Shown here piece by piece: positions 9,235-19,547 of a stretch of 64,000 nt of DNA. Under the pieces are notes generated by a model, which worked only from the letters and a program-made list of their open reading frames with translations, was not told the origin of the DNA and searched no databases. The stretch is taken from positions 3,840,001 to 3,904,000 of the forward strand of contig OZ223209.1 of NCBI GenBank assembly GCA_965140415.1, read 5' to 3'. The number at the start of each line of letters is the position of its first letter. Position 1 is the stretch's first letter. Both the position numbers and the translations under genes were made by a program. This DNA is from Myxococcota bacterium (GTDB taxonomy: Bacteria; Myxococcota_A; SURF-8).

Positions 9235-12200
9235 CTAGTATAGATCCTGCACACAGCGGAACCCGACGTTGGTGAAGCGGTTTTCGGGGAAATTCCAGCC
9301 CAGGTTGCTTACGCGCAATTCCGGCGATTCTTCGAACCAGCTACCGCCCCGCATCAGGCGATACTCGCAACCGGCGCTGGTGGGGGCGCAGTCGCTCACC
9401 CATTCCCAAACGTTGCCCAGCATGTCGTAGAGTCCCCAGAGATTCGAATCCAGTTGCGCGACCGGATGCGTACGGTGGCGGTCGTAGCCGGTATTTGAGT
9501 TGGCATCGTACCAGGCGATATCCGCCAGGCAGCTTTCGTTGGGGCCGCAGATATAGCGCGAGAGCGTCGTCGCCCGTGCGGCATATTCCCATTCCGCGCT
9601 TGAGGGCAGGCGTGCGTCGACTTGAGCACAGAAGTCGTTTGCTTCCTGCCAGGTAACCTGCTCCACCGGGCAGGTGGGGCAATTCGAGAAATAGCTGGGA
9701 TTGAATCCCATGACCGCTTCAAATTGCGCTTGCGTGATTTCCGTTGGCGTGACGAAGAAATCCTGATTGAAGGTGGTTGTGCCGCCGGTTTCGTATTCGG
9801 TGCATAGGTCATCATCCTGCGAGCAACCCATATCGAAGGAACCTGCACAGACATAAGCAAAATGCACGTCGGTTTCATCTTCATCACCATCGACTACAGG
9901 CTCGTCGCCATCAACGACCGGCTCATCACCATCGACAACAGGCTCATCACCATCAACGACCGGCTCGTCACCATCGACGACGGGTTCATCGCCATCGACC
10001 ACAGGTTCATCGCCATCCACGACAGGCTCATCGCCATCGACAACAGGCTCATCACCATCAACGACCGGCTCGTCACCATCGACGACGGGTTCATCACCAT
10101 CGACCAAAGGCTCGTCACCATCAACCACCGGCTCATCGCCATCCACGATGGGCTCGTCACCATCGACAACAGGCTCGTCACCATCGACAACAGGCTCATC
10201 GCCATCGACAACAGGCTCATCGCCATCGACGACCGGCTCATCACCATCGACTACAGGCTCATCACCATCGACCACCGGCTCGTCACCATCTACCACCGGC
10301 TCGTCACCATCGACCACTGGCTCGTCGCCATCTACTACAGGGTCATCACCATCGACGACCGGCTCATCACCATCGACGACCGGCTCATCACCATCGACGA
10401 CCGGCTCGTCACCATCGACGACAGGTTCATCACCATCGACGACTGGTTCATCGCCGTCGACAACTGGCTCGTCGCCGTCTACAGCGGGTTCATCACCGTC
10501 TACAATTTCTACATCGCGGGCACAGCGAATTCCAACGCCGAAATCGTAAAGCTCTCCCACGCTGCCTGCCGCTCGGGCGCTGGCGCGCATGGTTTGCGTC
10601 GAGCAGATCCAGCAACCACCGCGCAGCACACGCAGGGAGCAGTTGCCACCCTCCCAGACCGAGCCGTCTGTTGGCGCGTCTGTATAGTTGGGATGCGAGC
10701 AATCCGCCACCCACTCCCAGACATTGCCCAGCATTTCGTGCAAACCGAAATTATTGGCTTGTTTTTCACCCACTTCGTGTGCGGGGCCGGAAAGCCAGGC
10801 GATCTCGTCCAGGCAACTCAGTGTTTCGCCGCAGTAGTATTTCGTGCTGACACCTCCCCGCGCAGCGTATTCCCATTCCGCTTCGCTGGGCAGACGACCA
10901 CCAACCGCCTCGCAAAAATCTTCCGCGTTTTCGAAACTGATGTTTTCGACCGGGCAATCCGGGCAATCCTCGCTCAGCGTTGGATCGAAGCCCATGACTC
11001 TAACGAATTGATCGCGCGTGATTTCCGTGCGCGTCATTTCAAAAGCGGGCACCGAAACTTCGTGGCGCGGCTCTTCCGTTCCGGCTTCATAGCATTGCGT
11101 ATCGCCTACGGAACAGCCCATCTGGAATGTACCGGAAGGAATCGGCATCCAGATCAAATCCGGGTCATCCGGTTCCACATCGCCGTCTACGTCGCCATCG
11201 ATATCGCCATCCACGCCATCGCAGACACCATCTTCGTCGGTGCGCCCATCGCAATTGTTGTCGTGCCCATCGCAGATTTCAACCGCTCCGGGATGACTCT
11301 CCGCGCGGGTGTCGTCGCAGTCAACGTAGCCGGGGCAATCGCCGAAACCGTCGTCATCCAGATCGTTGCGGTCATAGGTGATGCCGTCGCAGTCCCAATC
11401 CTGATCGTCGCATTGCTCCGCTGTGGGCATCGTACCGCCAATGCAAGCCACGCGCACCGCACAACTGACTACCGACTGATCGCAGGCATAGACTCCACTC
11501 TGCTGCAAACAGCGACCAAAAGGCTTCTGGTAGCATTCCTGGCTCTGCTCCACTTTCCAGTAATCAGGAAGCATTTCACAGAGATAGGTTACGGAGTGTT
11601 CATCCTGTTCACCATCGCAGTCGGTGTCCAGCCCATCGGCGCAACCCGGATCGCTGAACGAGCCGCCTCCGCAATGCTCGTTTTCAACGGCGCATTCGTT
11701 TTCTTCATAATTTTCCGGAAAATCGCAGATCCAGTTTCCTTCTACACAGCGATTGACCGCGCCGCCATTGGCGCAAATGCCGAGTGTAGGGCATAGCGCC
11801 TCGGCTGGGATATCGGAAAAAGCGATATCTTCATCGGTCTGGCCGTCGCAGTCGTTATCCAGCAGATCGCAGGTTTCCTCGCTTGGAACGACTTGGCCTA
11901 GGCATCCGCTCCACTGACCGGCGGAGCAGATGCTCACGCCCTGCTTGCAAGCACCTTCATCGGAGCCGCAAGAAACTTGCAGGTCTTCATCGGTCTGGCC
12001 ATCGCAGTCGTTGTCTTTGTTGTCGCATAGTTCAGGTGCGGGGCCGATCAGATCGCCGACACAGTCGCTCCAGCGGCCATTCTCGCAGCTTTGCACGCCA
12101 GCCTGACATTCTCCCACATCCGTGCCGCCGCAGGCTCGCTCTTCGCCCAGCGCACAGTCGAAACCTTCATCGATGCGGCCATCGCAGTTATCGTCGCGGC

Positions 12201-13812
12201 CATTAAAGACTTCCTCGACCGATACGCAGGATTGTTCCTGGCAGACGCCGCAGGAGCAGTCGCTGTCGCTTTCGCAGGTACGGGCCACAACGTCGGGAAT
12301 GACCATGCCGCCGTATCCATAATACTGGATAAAGTCGTAGGTGAATTTTCCATAGCCGCCATCACCCCAGTATTCACTCCAGGAGTTCAGGAAGGTGAAT
12401 TCGCGCGTGCCGCGATCGTAACCGACGATGAGAATGGCGTGACCACCCTGGAAAGCAGCGCCGTTAGTGGGAACGTCGATGAGTATGGGTTTGCCCCATT
12501 TGTACCAGGTACTGCCGTATACCGGAACGCCGTAAATCACGTTATGTCCCGATGCCAGCGCTTTCTCGATGGCATACGTATTGTAGGCGTAGACAGAATA
12601 AGGAGACAAGCCGCGAACCAGTCCATCCGTGTCGGCATTCATGGAACTTGGAGCTTCCACCAGCCAGCCATAGCAGGAATTGTTGCCGCCATAGCCGTTG
12701 CAATCGTAGGTCCAGATATCATCCGGAACGACCGACATCGAGCCGGTTATCGCCGATACCACGCGAGGAATGCTGGTACCATTCGTACACGAAAGCGATA
12801 GTCCCGCCATTTTCCAAACGTGCGACTGCGACAAGTCGGTATTTACGACGGATCGCGAGGCGATGCTGCTTTCCAATGAATGCGTGCTTGCAAAGGCGAC
12901 GCAAGTACCGCATTGGCCCTGATCGTCGATCTGGCTCAGATAATCATTTAGATATTCGCTGCGATGATCGACTTTGTCCGGCAGTTCGCCATTATCCGAA
13001 ATCGCGGAAGCCAGATTCGGGAAGTAATATTCATTCATATTCCCCATAGGATTGCCTTGCGGCAGGCAAACTTCGACGTCATTCCCGATGTCGCGCATTT
13101 CGCAGCCGCCCGGATCTTGGATTGGAAGGCAATGCAAATTGAGATCGAACATATTTTGTGGGCAATTACAGGCAATTCGCTCTTCTCCAAGGCCGTCGGT
13201 TTCAACGACGCATTGCCCGCCGCTTCCGCAATCGACGCCTTCACAAGGACTTTGTAAATCGTTGGGAATACAGCTTAAACCTTCTTCGTGATAGCCCGGC
13301 AAGCAAAGGCAGCGCGGCTGCATATCGATGGCGATACAACGCCCGCTACCGGAGCAATAAATGCCGTCGCAGAGTTGGTCGCGAGGATCCCTTTCCGGAG
13401 TGATATCAACAGGTTCGTCTCCATCAACGATAGGCGTTTCGAAGTCGTCACCATCGATTATCGGCTCGTCGCCATCGATTGGAACGACCTCGTCGCCATC
13501 CGGGGAAAAGTCGTCATCGCCGTCCGGATTAGGCAGATCGCCGGGGTCCATCTGGCCGGGATCTTCGATGCAGGATTCGCTTAAATCGTCCCAAAGTTGC
13601 CCGGATGGACAATCGCCCGGATCGGGGATTTCAGGGCCATTGGATGCATCGTCGTTGGAGCCGCCACAACCTTGTAATATCAATAACATAAAGGCTGCAA
13701 AGGCCAGCGCCCACAGCGCAGCGAAATTCACAACGCCCCTGTTTTCGATGACGATGCAGGCACTTGGCTGTTGCTGCTTTTTCGATGCGGAATTGATTGT
13801 GAAACCGTGCAT
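9235..13812 (-). CDS. Multidomain lipoprotein: EGF-like Cys repeats, papain-family C1A cysteine peptidase, MopE-like repeats, two FGE-sulfatase (CLec-fold) domains joined by a DGD linker
   Basis: LLILQGC lipobox. C1A catalytic motifs QGQCGTCVAF, GHAILIVGY and NSW. Two sets of RLPSxAEWEYAAR / MLGNVWEWV / G(I/F)RC. Confidence 0.9.
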   Translation of the reverse strand: MHGFTINSASKKQQQPSACIVIENRGVVNFAALWALAFAAFMLLILQGCGGSNDDASNGPEIPDPGDCPSGQLWDDLSESCIEDPGQMDPGDLPNPDGDDDFSPDGDEVVPIDGDEPIIDGDDFETPIVDGDEPVDITPERDPRDQLCDGIYCSGSGRCIAIDMQPRCLCLPGYHEEGLSCIPNDLQSPCEGVDCGSGGQCVVETDGLGEERIACNCPQNMFDLNLHCLPIQDPGGCEMRDIGNDVEVCLPQGNPMGNMNEYYFPNLASAISDNGELPDKVDHRSEYLNDYLSQIDDQGQCGTCVAFASTHSLESSIASRSVVNTDLSQSHVWKMAGLSLSCTNGTSIPRVVSAITGSMSVVPDDIWTYDCNGYGGNNSCYGWLVEAPSSMNADTDGLVRGLSPYSVYAYNTYAIEKALASGHNVIYGVPVYGSTWYKWGKPILIDVPTNGAAFQGGHAILIVGYDRGTREFTFLNSWSEYWGDGGYGKFTYDFIQYYGYGGMVIPDVVARTCESDSDCSCGVCQEQSCVSVEEVFNGRDDNCDGRIDEGFDCALGEERACGGTDVGECQAGVQSCENGRWSDCVGDLIGPAPELCDNKDNDCDGQTDEDLQVSCGSDEGACKQGVSICSAGQWSGCLGQVVPSEETCDLLDNDCDGQTDEDIAFSDIPAEALCPTLGICANGGAVNRCVEGNWICDFPENYEENECAVENEHCGGGSFSDPGCADGLDTDCDGEQDEHSVTYLCEMLPDYWKVEQSQECYQKPFGRCLQQSGVYACDQSVVSCAVRVACIGGTMPTAEQCDDQDWDCDGITYDRNDLDDDGFGDCPGYVDCDDTRAESHPGAVEICDGHDNNCDGRTDEDGVCDGVDGDIDGDVDGDVEPDDPDLIWMPIPSGTFQMGCSVGDTQCYEAGTEEPRHEVSVPAFEMTRTEITRDQFVRVMGFDPTLSEDCPDCPVENISFENAEDFCEAVGGRLPSEAEWEYAARGGVSTKYYCGETLSCLDEIAWLSGPAHEVGEKQANNFGLHEMLGNVWEWVADCSHPNYTDAPTDGSVWEGGNCSLRVLRGGCWICSTQTMRASARAAGSVGELYDFGVGIRCARDVEIVDGDEPAVDGDEPVVDGDEPVVDGDEPVVDGDEPVVDGDEPVVDGDEPVVDGDDPVVDGDEPVVDGDEPVVDGDEPVVDGDEPVVDGDEPVVDGDEPVVDGDEPVVDGDEPVVDGDEPIVDGDEPVVDGDEPLVDGDEPVVDGDEPVVDGDEPVVDGDEPVVDGDEPVVDGDEPVVDGDEPVVDGDEPVVDGDEPVVDGDEPVVDGDEDETDVHFAYVCAGSFDMGCSQDDDLCTEYETGGTTTFNQDFFVTPTEITQAQFEAVMGFNPSYFSNCPTCPVEQVTWQEANDFCAQVDARLPSSAEWEYAARATTLSRYICGPNESCLADIAWYDANSNTGYDRHRTHPVAQLDSNLWGLYDMLGNVWEWVSDCAPTSAGCEYRLMRGGSWFEESPELRVSNLGWNFPENRFTNVGFRCVQDLY
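9883..10503 (-). repeat. 30 x 21-bp tandem repeat encoding VDGDEPV
   Basis: First and last DGD are 609 nt (29 x 21) apart. Units vary mostly at synonymous positions. Confidence 0.95.
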
Positions 13813-13911
13813 CCTGGTCTCCCCTTGAAATCCTGGTTTCTGTCAGCCTTCGATCCGAGTGAATCGAAAGAGCGAGACGTACAGGCTCGGGACACGAATC
13901 CCGACCTTTTT

Positions 13912-13940
13912 ACTATATCGGCACAACTCCTCCATTGCAA
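13912..13940 (-). promoter_or_regulatory. sigma70-type promoter for 9235..13812
   Basis: TTGCAA-17 nt-TATAGT. Confidence 0.55.
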
Positions 13941-14405
13941 GAGGAAAGTTAATATTATTTACATTTTGTTATTCCATGCTGTAACTATTTTTTCTTTTCT
14001 TCCACGTTCTGTGTCCTATTTATTATTTCTTCTTGATTGTTTTTCGTGGCATCTTGGCATTTATACATAACGGCAATTACACCAAAACACACCACAAACG
14101 AGCACTAAAAAACCCCTAAATGACCGAAGATCGACAGTGCTTCCTGGTGCAGCATGAAACAGCGCACCGCAGCAAGGGGAAGCATCTAGCTGCATCGGGC
14201 AACATGCGTGAGTGGACCACTGGTAATTTACGGTCTTTTAGCGGTTATGTACTGTTCGTTTAGCGGTCGTCTAGCGTCCAATATAGCCGTTTGCCGCCGG
14301 CTTCGGCGCTATGGAGATGATTTTATGAGATTGCGATCTGCTTTTTTAACGATCTTCTCTCGCTAATCGTGAGCAGACCAAGTGAGATACTTGCAAGATT
14401 TTCGT

Positions 14406-14543
14406 GTAGTCGGATTCTGTGAATCCGACATTTCTGAATCAATGTCGGGCAAGACATTTGCCCGACCTACTATATATACTAATAATTCATAAATAGTACA
14501 TGTTTGAAAATTCAATTTCGGACAAGAATTTTGTCCGACATAC
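14406..14543. repeat. Cluster of three GTAG-type REP-like palindromes, the first two inverted (REPIN-like)
   Basis: GTAG-TCGGATTC.GAATCCGA (14406-14430, +). GTAG-GTCGGGCAA.TTGCCCGAC (14443-14470, -). GTAT-GTCGGACAA.TTGTCCGA (14517-14543, -). Confidence 0.7.
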
Positions 14544-14619
14544 ATATGATACAATAGCTACAATACTACACCACTACTAACATTCTCAATTCCTGTGATC
14601 GACAGACGCTGCTTCCTCA

Positions 14620-16083
14620 TCAGGGGTCCAGCGGATCGCTCGGGTCAGCGTACAAGCTGGTTGGATCGATCAACAGACAAGTATCGGTCATGCCCAGGCT
14701 CAAGACCTGGCGATACGGCAGATAGCCAAGTTCTTCCTCGCAGCGCCCGGCGATCATGCTGGAAATATAAATGCTCTGCCCCATGTCCGTCGTGACGAGC
14801 ACCGGCTTTTCCGGTGGAATGCCATAACGCAGCACCAGCCGCGCGAGATTGCGCAGGTTGGTAGTGGTATGACGCGCGTGCGGGTCTACCAACAGCTTGC
14901 TTTCAGGAACATCGTAGGTGTTCATAAGGTATTTTTTCATTTCGATGGCTTCGCAATACGGGGTGCGATCCGGGTGAACGTGGCCCCCGGAAGTTAGAAT
15001 AAACGGCGCAAGCCCGCCCCATAAGCGCTGTACGGCCAGATCGCAGCGGAATGCACCCGCCTGATCGAGCGGCTCCTCGTAATTGTCCGGTCCCATTCCC
15101 GGCACGAGAATCAGGCTGTAAGGGTAGCTGTCCCAATCGATCTCCGCCATCGCCTGTAACGCCGCCGCGTTTTCGCCCTCTTCCATCGGTTCGTAGCGCC
15201 CGGCTTCATCGCGCTGCTGCTGGGTCAACACCGCAGCCGTTGCAAAGTATAAAGGTTCGTAGAACAGCAGATCTCCCTGATGCGCCTGGGAAAGCGTTTG
15301 AACGAGTTGGTTCAACTCCGCCGCGCTCAAGCCACCTACATTGGAATGATAGGCTTCGTTCAATCCGGCCACGGTATCACAAAATGCCGTTTCGAATAAC
15401 TCATCATCCGGCAAGCTCCGATGAAGTTGGAACATGCCCGAAGGCCGCAGGTGCTCGCTAACCACATCCGTACTCCCCTTCTCGACTAGCTCTCCAAGCG
15501 CCGCCGCGATTTCGCTGCAATCCGCTTCGGTGATCGTCAGTTTACCGGTATGACAGGCAACATCCTCCCCGCAGGCCGTTTCCGCCTCACGCAGCATTTG
15601 CGTGCGCGTTTGAGAAATGGCAGACAGGGTTGCATCGCCAACCAGCAATCCATGCAGATCCGTAAGCTCTTCGAACAGGGTCAACAGGTAGTAATTTTTA
15701 TCGAGCGTGTAATCGCCGCAACTCAAGCGCTGATAGCCGACTTCGAAGCCCCCTAGATCCGGCGGCTCACTTCCCACGCAATCGGTAGACCACAGTTCGG
15801 CCAGTTCCGGGTCGATGTCCCACTCCGATGCATCGGAACGCTCCGCATCGAGATCACCGTCAACAGAGGAATCATCATCCGCATCCCGATCCGCCGGGGC
15901 GCTTTCCGATTCGGAAAAGTCGCCGTCCGTCGTATCGTTCCCGGAATCGGAGCAGGAACAAAGTACAAGCAGTAGAATCAAAAGCAGCAGTGTGGATATT
16001 GCGTACAGACTACTCCCGTTTTTCCGTTGCGAAAGACAAGCAAGGTAACCGTGGTTTTTCACTTGTTTGAACATGTGCGCCAT
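14620..16083 (-). CDS. YdcF/DUF218-domain lipoprotein
   Basis: LVLCSC lipobox. SGGHVHP, EAIEMKKYL and DPHARHTTTNLRN motifs. Start chosen at ATG 16083 after GGGG; the track gives 16116. Confidence 0.8.
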   Translation of the reverse strand: MAHMFKQVKNHGYLACLSQRKNGSSLYAISTLLLLILLLVLCSCSDSGNDTTDGDFSESESAPADRDADDDSSVDGDLDAERSDASEWDIDPELAELWSTDCVGSEPPDLGGFEVGYQRLSCGDYTLDKNYYLLTLFEELTDLHGLLVGDATLSAISQTRTQMLREAETACGEDVACHTGKLTITEADCSEIAAALGELVEKGSTDVVSEHLRPSGMFQLHRSLPDDELFETAFCDTVAGLNEAYHSNVGGLSAAELNQLVQTLSQAHQGDLLFYEPLYFATAAVLTQQQRDEAGRYEPMEEGENAAALQAMAEIDWDSYPYSLILVPGMGPDNYEEPLDQAGAFRCDLAVQRLWGGLAPFILTSGGHVHPDRTPYCEAIEMKKYLMNTYDVPESKLLVDPHARHTTTNLRNLARLVLRYGIPPEKPVLVTTDMGQSIYISSMIAGRCEEELGYLPYRQVLSLGMTDTCLLIDPTSLYADPSDPLDP

Positions 16084-16229
16084 TCCCCGTAATTTTTCGA
16101 TAAGTGACAGGTTCACATCGATGATGCAGATCGATTATGCCAAAAGCGGATTGGAAACGAAAGGGTAATAATCTCAGCGGATGGTTGTCAACCATTTTCG
16201 GGGTAAAACGGACCACCTTAACGAAGAAC

Positions 16230-17411
16230 TCATCTGCTCTGTTTCGGCGGGCTCTGCCAGGTCAACCCGGAAGCGGAATCGAACCAGGCATTTTCGGTGT
16301 TCATCTCGTCACCATCGACTCTGTTGATGTAATAACCATCGCCATCCACGATCAGTTCTTCTCGCACGCAGCGGACGCTTTTAGGAGTAAACCAGTCCAC
16401 CGCCTCGATCGCACCGGTATTGAAGTCGATGCTCCAGCTATCCGTGCTTTCCTCGACGACCGTGGAGTAGGACCAATAGCTCCGACAGTTTCCCGAAATT
16501 GCGTCTGGCCAGTAGCAGCCATCGTTGGGACCGCCTGCGGCGTTGCATTTCGTACAGGCTTCATTCTCAAGGCATGTCGCCAGGCGGCAGTCCTCCGTCA
16601 CCGTACAGCTACCATCCGATTGGGTTGACGGACAGCCGCGAAGCAGGCTGCGCAGTTCGTCGATGCTGGGTAAGCGCCAGTCCGCCTGCTCGTCCAGTAC
16701 CAAATTCTCACAGTAATCGATGGCCATCGGATAACTAAGCAAAACGTCTTCGCCGTCTCCATCGACACGATCTCCATCCGAGGTATCCAAATCGGAGTCT
16801 TCATCCTCTCTCACACAACGCGCCCGTGCCTGCTTGGAAACCAACGCCATATTGAATGTGGCGTGGTTGAAGTAGATCTGCCATGCGAATCTCTTGTCAT
16901 CATCGGCTCTGGAGGAAGACCAATAGGCGTCGCAAATGCCCTGCAATGAATCCGACCAGTAGCAACCCGCCGCAGGACCGTTCTGGTACGAACAGTTAAA
17001 GCAAATCTCCAAATCTCGACACTCGTAAGTCAAACAGAGATCCGTAACGCCGCACAAGCCGTCCGTCTCCGAATCAGTGCATCCGCGAACCAGCGACCGC
17101 AACTCTCCGATGGTCGGCAAGCGCCAATCCCGATGCCCCTTTACAGACAACTCCTCACAGTAGCTAATTGCCTGCTGCCAAGTCATCACCTCACCACTGG
17201 CCAATTCCTGCCAGATCAGCATGGAATAATCGCTCGATGAGGAAGGCTGCGCCTCGTTCACACAGACGAAATCCACACAAACCGTTTCCGGGCTGCAATC
17301 CGCCGTTCTCGTACACGCCTCCCCTTCTTTGCTTAAACTACTGCTCTTACAGCCACAGCAGAATAAAAGAAGGAACATCCCGACTACGAGTAACGGCTTA
17401 CGATACGTCAT
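16230..17411 (-). CDS. Lipoprotein with two DUF1566 (Lcl C-terminal-like) domains and a C-terminal partial domain
   Basis: FCCGC lipobox. Two AIxYC...DWRLP(T/S)IxELRSL...YWS...RCVR units. Ends WFDSASGLTWQSPP. Confidence 0.8.
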   Translation of the reverse strand: MTYRKPLLVVGMFLLLFCCGCKSSSLSKEGEACTRTADCSPETVCVDFVCVNEAQPSSSSDYSMLIWQELASGEVMTWQQAISYCEELSVKGHRDWRLPTIGELRSLVRGCTDSETDGLCGVTDLCLTYECRDLEICFNCSYQNGPAAGCYWSDSLQGICDAYWSSSRADDDKRFAWQIYFNHATFNMALVSKQARARCVREDEDSDLDTSDGDRVDGDGEDVLLSYPMAIDYCENLVLDEQADWRLPSIDELRSLLRGCPSTQSDGSCTVTEDCRLATCLENEACTKCNAAGGPNDGCYWPDAISGNCRSYWSYSTVVEESTDSWSIDFNTGAIEAVDWFTPKSVRCVREELIVDGDGYYINRVDGDEMNTENAWFDSASGLTWQSPPKQSR

Positions 17412-17469
17412 GGCTTCTATCCAATCTTGGAAACTGGGTGATACACGGGTCGAATCTGCTTATCATGTG

Positions 17470-19200
17470 CTACCTGGCGACATCTCTGACACAACGGATT
17501 CCCGCAGCTCCACTTCCATAACCGGTACTTTTGGACCGACGCTCCGATACTCGTCTATTTTCCTGCCCATCAGGAACGGGCACATCACGTATGGGTCTGC
17601 TTTCACAAGTTCCACTATCCCACACTTCAGACGTACTCGGCGCGCCACGATAACTCATGTGCCAGCAATCTTCCACCCACTCGGAAGCGTTTCCCAGCAT
17701 ATCGTACAGACCAAACGCATTGGGCTCTCCCTGTTTGACGTAGTATTCAGCATAGGGATCCCAGCGAATGCTCTCCAGACAACTCTGGTCGCTGCCGCAG
17801 TAATTGGGCGTGGTATCCCCGGCGCGGGCGGCGTATTCCCATTCCGCTTCCGTAGGCAATCGCCCTTTGATCTTCTTGCAATAATATTGTGCCTCTTCGA
17901 ATGTCGTTCTAAAAACCGAACAGGTATCGCAGATAGAATAGAATTCGTCGTTGTTTGGCACTATGAGCTCGTATTGACCCTTGGTGATTTCGGTTTCCGT
18001 CATTTCAAAAGCCGCGACGCTTACGCTGTGCCGTGGCTTTTCATTGTCGCTACAGTATTCATCGCCGGGCGAGCAGCCCATCTCGAAGGTTCCAGCGGGA
18101 ATGGGTATCCAGTTGATCTGGATCAGATCGGCGTATTCCCGATTCGGGATGTCGTCGCAGGTTTTGACTTCTTCCAGCGTTTGGGCGACATCGCTTTGAA
18201 TGTCGCGCGCACAACGAAAACCGGTGCCGGAATTTGGGCAAGAATTGTCATCGGCCATTTCCGTGGCTCGATTCGACGAGCGCGACAGGCCGCGTATCAT
18301 GCGGGTATGGAAGTAATCGGCGAGCCAGGCCTCGCCGTTCGTAGGTGCTCCGGTATAATCTTCATGGTAGCAGTCCTGGGTCCATTCGTAAGCATTGCCC
18401 AGCATGTCGTATAAACCGAAGGGATTGGGCTCCATCTGCCCGACCGGCATATAATAGTAGTACCCGCTATTGGGTTGATAATGACAGTACGAGTAGTTCA
18501 GGCACTCCTCGGTGACCAGACACGCCGGATCCTCCCCGCAGTAATACGTACTCGTAGTACCGGCGCGAGCGGCGTATTCCATTTCCGCCTCGGAGGGCAG
18601 CCGCCCCCCTGCCCATTCACAAAAGGCACTCGCCACCTCCCAGGTAACTTCCTTTGCCGGGTAGCGTTCCTCTCCCGGATTGGGCGAGTAGACGCCATCG
18701 GCCTCGCGCAGCTTGGCCGTTTTCCGATCGATCAACCAGTATCCCGAGCAAGGATATTCCAGATCTTTGGCCGCTTCGGTATTGACAAACGCGGCCAGTT
18801 GCTCGTTGGTGACTTCCGTAGCGTTCAACTCGAATGCGTTCACCGTCACGCAGTGAATGGGAAATTCGCGTTTTTCGCAATGAGTATCGGTGGGCGAGCA
18901 ACCCATTTCAAAATTGCCGGGAGGAATCGGCACCCATTGCAAACCGATTTCATTAGGATCGATTGTCAAATATACGCGGTGCTCGTCGCTGTCGTTGTCG
19001 CTGTCTCCATCCGGGTCATCCGGGGCATCCGGGTCGATTTCGCAGCGGCTCTCCACACACATCAAGCCCCTGCCGCAGTCGGAATCCTGCAAGCAGCTTT
19101 CCCCAAGGGAACTCGTTCGATCCGAGCCGGAATCTCCGCATGCGACTCCCAGCATTAAAACGATCGGAACGACAAATAACTGCAACCATGATTTTCCCAT
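17470..19200 (-). CDS. Lipoprotein with two FGE-sulfatase (SUMF1/EgtB/PvdO-like) domains
   Basis: LGVAC lipobox. FEMGCS, RLPxEAExEYAARAG, GLYDMLGNAxEW and GxRC each occur twice. Start taken at ATG 19200. Confidence 0.85.
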   Translation of the reverse strand: MGKSWLQLFVVPIVLMLGVACGDSGSDRTSSLGESCLQDSDCGRGLMCVESRCEIDPDAPDDPDGDSDNDSDEHRVYLTIDPNEIGLQWVPIPPGNFEMGCSPTDTHCEKREFPIHCVTVNAFELNATEVTNEQLAAFVNTEAAKDLEYPCSGYWLIDRKTAKLREADGVYSPNPGEERYPAKEVTWEVASAFCEWAGGRLPSEAEMEYAARAGTTSTYYCGEDPACLVTEECLNYSYCHYQPNSGYYYYMPVGQMEPNPFGLYDMLGNAYEWTQDCYHEDYTGAPTNGEAWLADYFHTRMIRGLSRSSNRATEMADDNSCPNSGTGFRCARDIQSDVAQTLEEVKTCDDIPNREYADLIQINWIPIPAGTFEMGCSPGDEYCSDNEKPRHSVSVAAFEMTETEITKGQYELIVPNNDEFYSICDTCSVFRTTFEEAQYYCKKIKGRLPTEAEWEYAARAGDTTPNYCGSDQSCLESIRWDPYAEYYVKQGEPNAFGLYDMLGNASEWVEDCWHMSYRGAPSTSEVWDSGTCESRPIRDVPVPDGQENRRVSERRSKSTGYGSGAAGIRCVRDVAR

Positions 19201-19290
19201 CGGGTACCCCTTACATTTCCACGACAACACAGCTTGGTTGGATAGCAATAGCAGACGTTACAACTGCAATTGAAGTGCCAACTTGAACAA

Positions 19291-19319
19291 GTTATACAGC
19301 CAAGAGAATTGCCAGTCAA
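19291..19319 (-). promoter_or_regulatory. sigma70-type promoter for the FGE/DUF1566 pair
   Basis: TTGACT-17 nt-TATAAC. Confidence 0.55.
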
Positions 19320-19547
19320 TACGATCATTTATGATATATCCCCAAAACATCTGAAACCGGAGTGACCCCAAAGCTACGACAGGATTGTCACATCTGACAA
19401 GCAAGCCGCCTTTGATTTCGCACATTTCCAACGCTGGCTTCCATCGTGAATTCATGTCTGACATCAGTTGACATCTCCCCCTGTCTCGGGTAGAGATGAG
19501 CCAGGATCTTGTCTCTGGAGATCATCCGAGAATCAAAGGAGTGTGCG

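Noticed and set aside
9777-11796. Long + strand ORFs (644, 357 and 133 aa) with H/R or SSPSTTG repeats
   Set aside because: Alternative readings of the VDGDEPV repeat; no RBS or independent domain content.
14195-14218. Intergenic SGNMREWT resembling the FGE GNVWEW motif (possible TR or pseudogene)
   Set aside because: The flanks lack other FGE motifs, a stop follows, and differences from the local FGE genes are not restricted to adenines. It may be chance.
9235-19200. Diversity-generating retroelement targeting the FGE/DUF1566 (CLec-fold) C-termini
   Set aside because: There is no reverse transcriptase and no near-identical TR/VR pair differing only at adenines in the window. A remote DGR cannot be excluded.
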